Source of the DNA: Cyanidioschyzon merolae
Lineage: Eukaryota
Length of the DNA: 64,000 nucleotides
Strand: one strand, 5' to 3'
NCBI GenBank assembly: GCA_000091205.1
Contig: AP006502.2
The notes under the pieces were generated by a model that was given only the letters and a program-made list of their open reading frames with translations, did not search any database and was not told the origin of the DNA. Below are positions 63,171 to 64,000 of the stretch, one piece after another. The position numbers were made by a program, and so were the translations under genes. Within the stretch, counting starts at the first letter, position 1. Each line of letters begins with the position of its first letter.

Positions 63171-64000
63171 CGCCGCACCGTGGTATCTCCAACGGGTTGA
63201 AGCTCGCGGAGGCTGGTGCCTCATCTGTTTGCATGGAATCGGATCTTGAATTCGGAATGGAGCCATCGCAACGATCGCTTCCAATGGAGACTGCCGCAGC
63301 GCTTTGCGAGAAGGAACCGAAGAAAGACTGAATTCTCTCGTATTGATCTCTAGCACGGGGGTTAATCCCTGGGCGTGCCTCATCACGAACAGCATTGTAT
63401 TCCAAAACAACCGCTCTCGGTTGGGAAATCGTGGATTGCCTTGCACAGCGAGCAGCGTACTCGCCAAGCGTACTGCCCAGAACAGGCCTGTGATCGTCGG
63501 GAACGGCACCGAGAGCCGGATCCGGAAGAGGATCGTGCGGAGCCCTCAGTACCAGTTATGGGCACGTAATGAGCACCGAAAATGGTGCTCTTGTGCAGGG
63601 CGGCTGCGCTGAGCGCAAGCGGCGAGCTGCGCGTTCGAAAACACCTGACCACAGCGAAGTAGCAGCTCGTCTTACGGGTCACCGAGTCTGTTTCCAGGAG
63701 TGACGAGAATGGCAAGCGAACCGAAAACCGCGACTGCTGTCTGTGCATGAAATCGAGCGACAGCATTCTTGAGCTGCGAAACTGAGACTTTCACGCTGCT
63801 ATGAACAGTGCTCGAATGCGGACAACGGGGCTGGATGGAAAGGAGAGACTGGCGTAGTGTAAGCGAGAGACAAGCGTGTAGAAAAGGAAGCAGCCGCAGA
63901 TAACCCCTGCAAAAAAGCCGATGTTGAAGACAGCAGGAACATGGACCGAATCATTAGTGTCTGCGCCCGAGTTAGAGGACCAGTTCTATTTATTCTGACG

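Noticed and set aside
1-64000. Prokaryotic interpretation (operons, RBS, sigma-70 promoters, Rho-independent terminators).
   Set aside because: Gene content is eukaryote-specific (MED6, TFIIH p44, ORC4, AGC kinase, PGRL1, cytoplasmic-type IleRS). Spacing, transit-peptide-like N-termini and the repeat content also point to a eukaryotic nuclear genome. No bacterial regulatory features were called.
1-64000. Telomeric repeats, rDNA, 5S rRNA, spliced-leader genes.
   Set aside because: No TTAGGG/TTTAGGG-type arrays, no rRNA-like conserved blocks and no SL-like tandem array were seen on either strand.

Overview
This window looks like nuclear DNA from a GC-rich (about 55-58%), intron-poor, photosynthetic eukaryote (an alga; species not determinable). 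The support is long uninterrupted eukaryote-type ORFs on both strands, roughly one gene per 3 kb, and plastid-function genes (PGRL1, an EGY-family S2P-like protein, an HCF173-like SDR/CIA30 protein, a DnaJ-type zinc-finger protein). There is no operon structure, and no rRNA or CRISPR array.

Clear housekeeping genes are: isoleucyl-tRNA synthetase (5'-truncated by the window edge), phosphoglucomutase, PRPP synthetase, TFIIH p44/SSL1, MED6, an ORC4-like AAA+ ATPase, an AGC-family protein kinase, a Pho84/PHT1-like MFS transporter, and an SPX-RING (NLA-like) E3 ligase. A 1524-aa ORF fuses a class-II glutamine amidotransferase (Dug3-like), WD40 repeats and an M20 peptidase (Dug2-like).

The most unusual content is in the intergenic DNA. 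Family RF1 is a ~1 kb repeat present in at least ten copies or fragments, nine of them in + orientation. Each copy carries only the C-terminal RuvC-III remnant (D-x-NAA-x-NI motif) of a TnpB/Fanzor-type RNA-guided nuclease. This is followed by a ~400-600 nt non-coding 3' module in which short motifs are strongly conserved between otherwise diverged copies, the pattern expected of a structured omega-RNA-like scaffold. Four solo copies of that module sit next to host genes. Family RF2 is a second ~285 bp repeat (three copies), always promoter-proximal. The window also has a ~900 bp palindrome built from two RF1 remnants, and several tandem duplications. No intact full-length Fanzor ORF is present.
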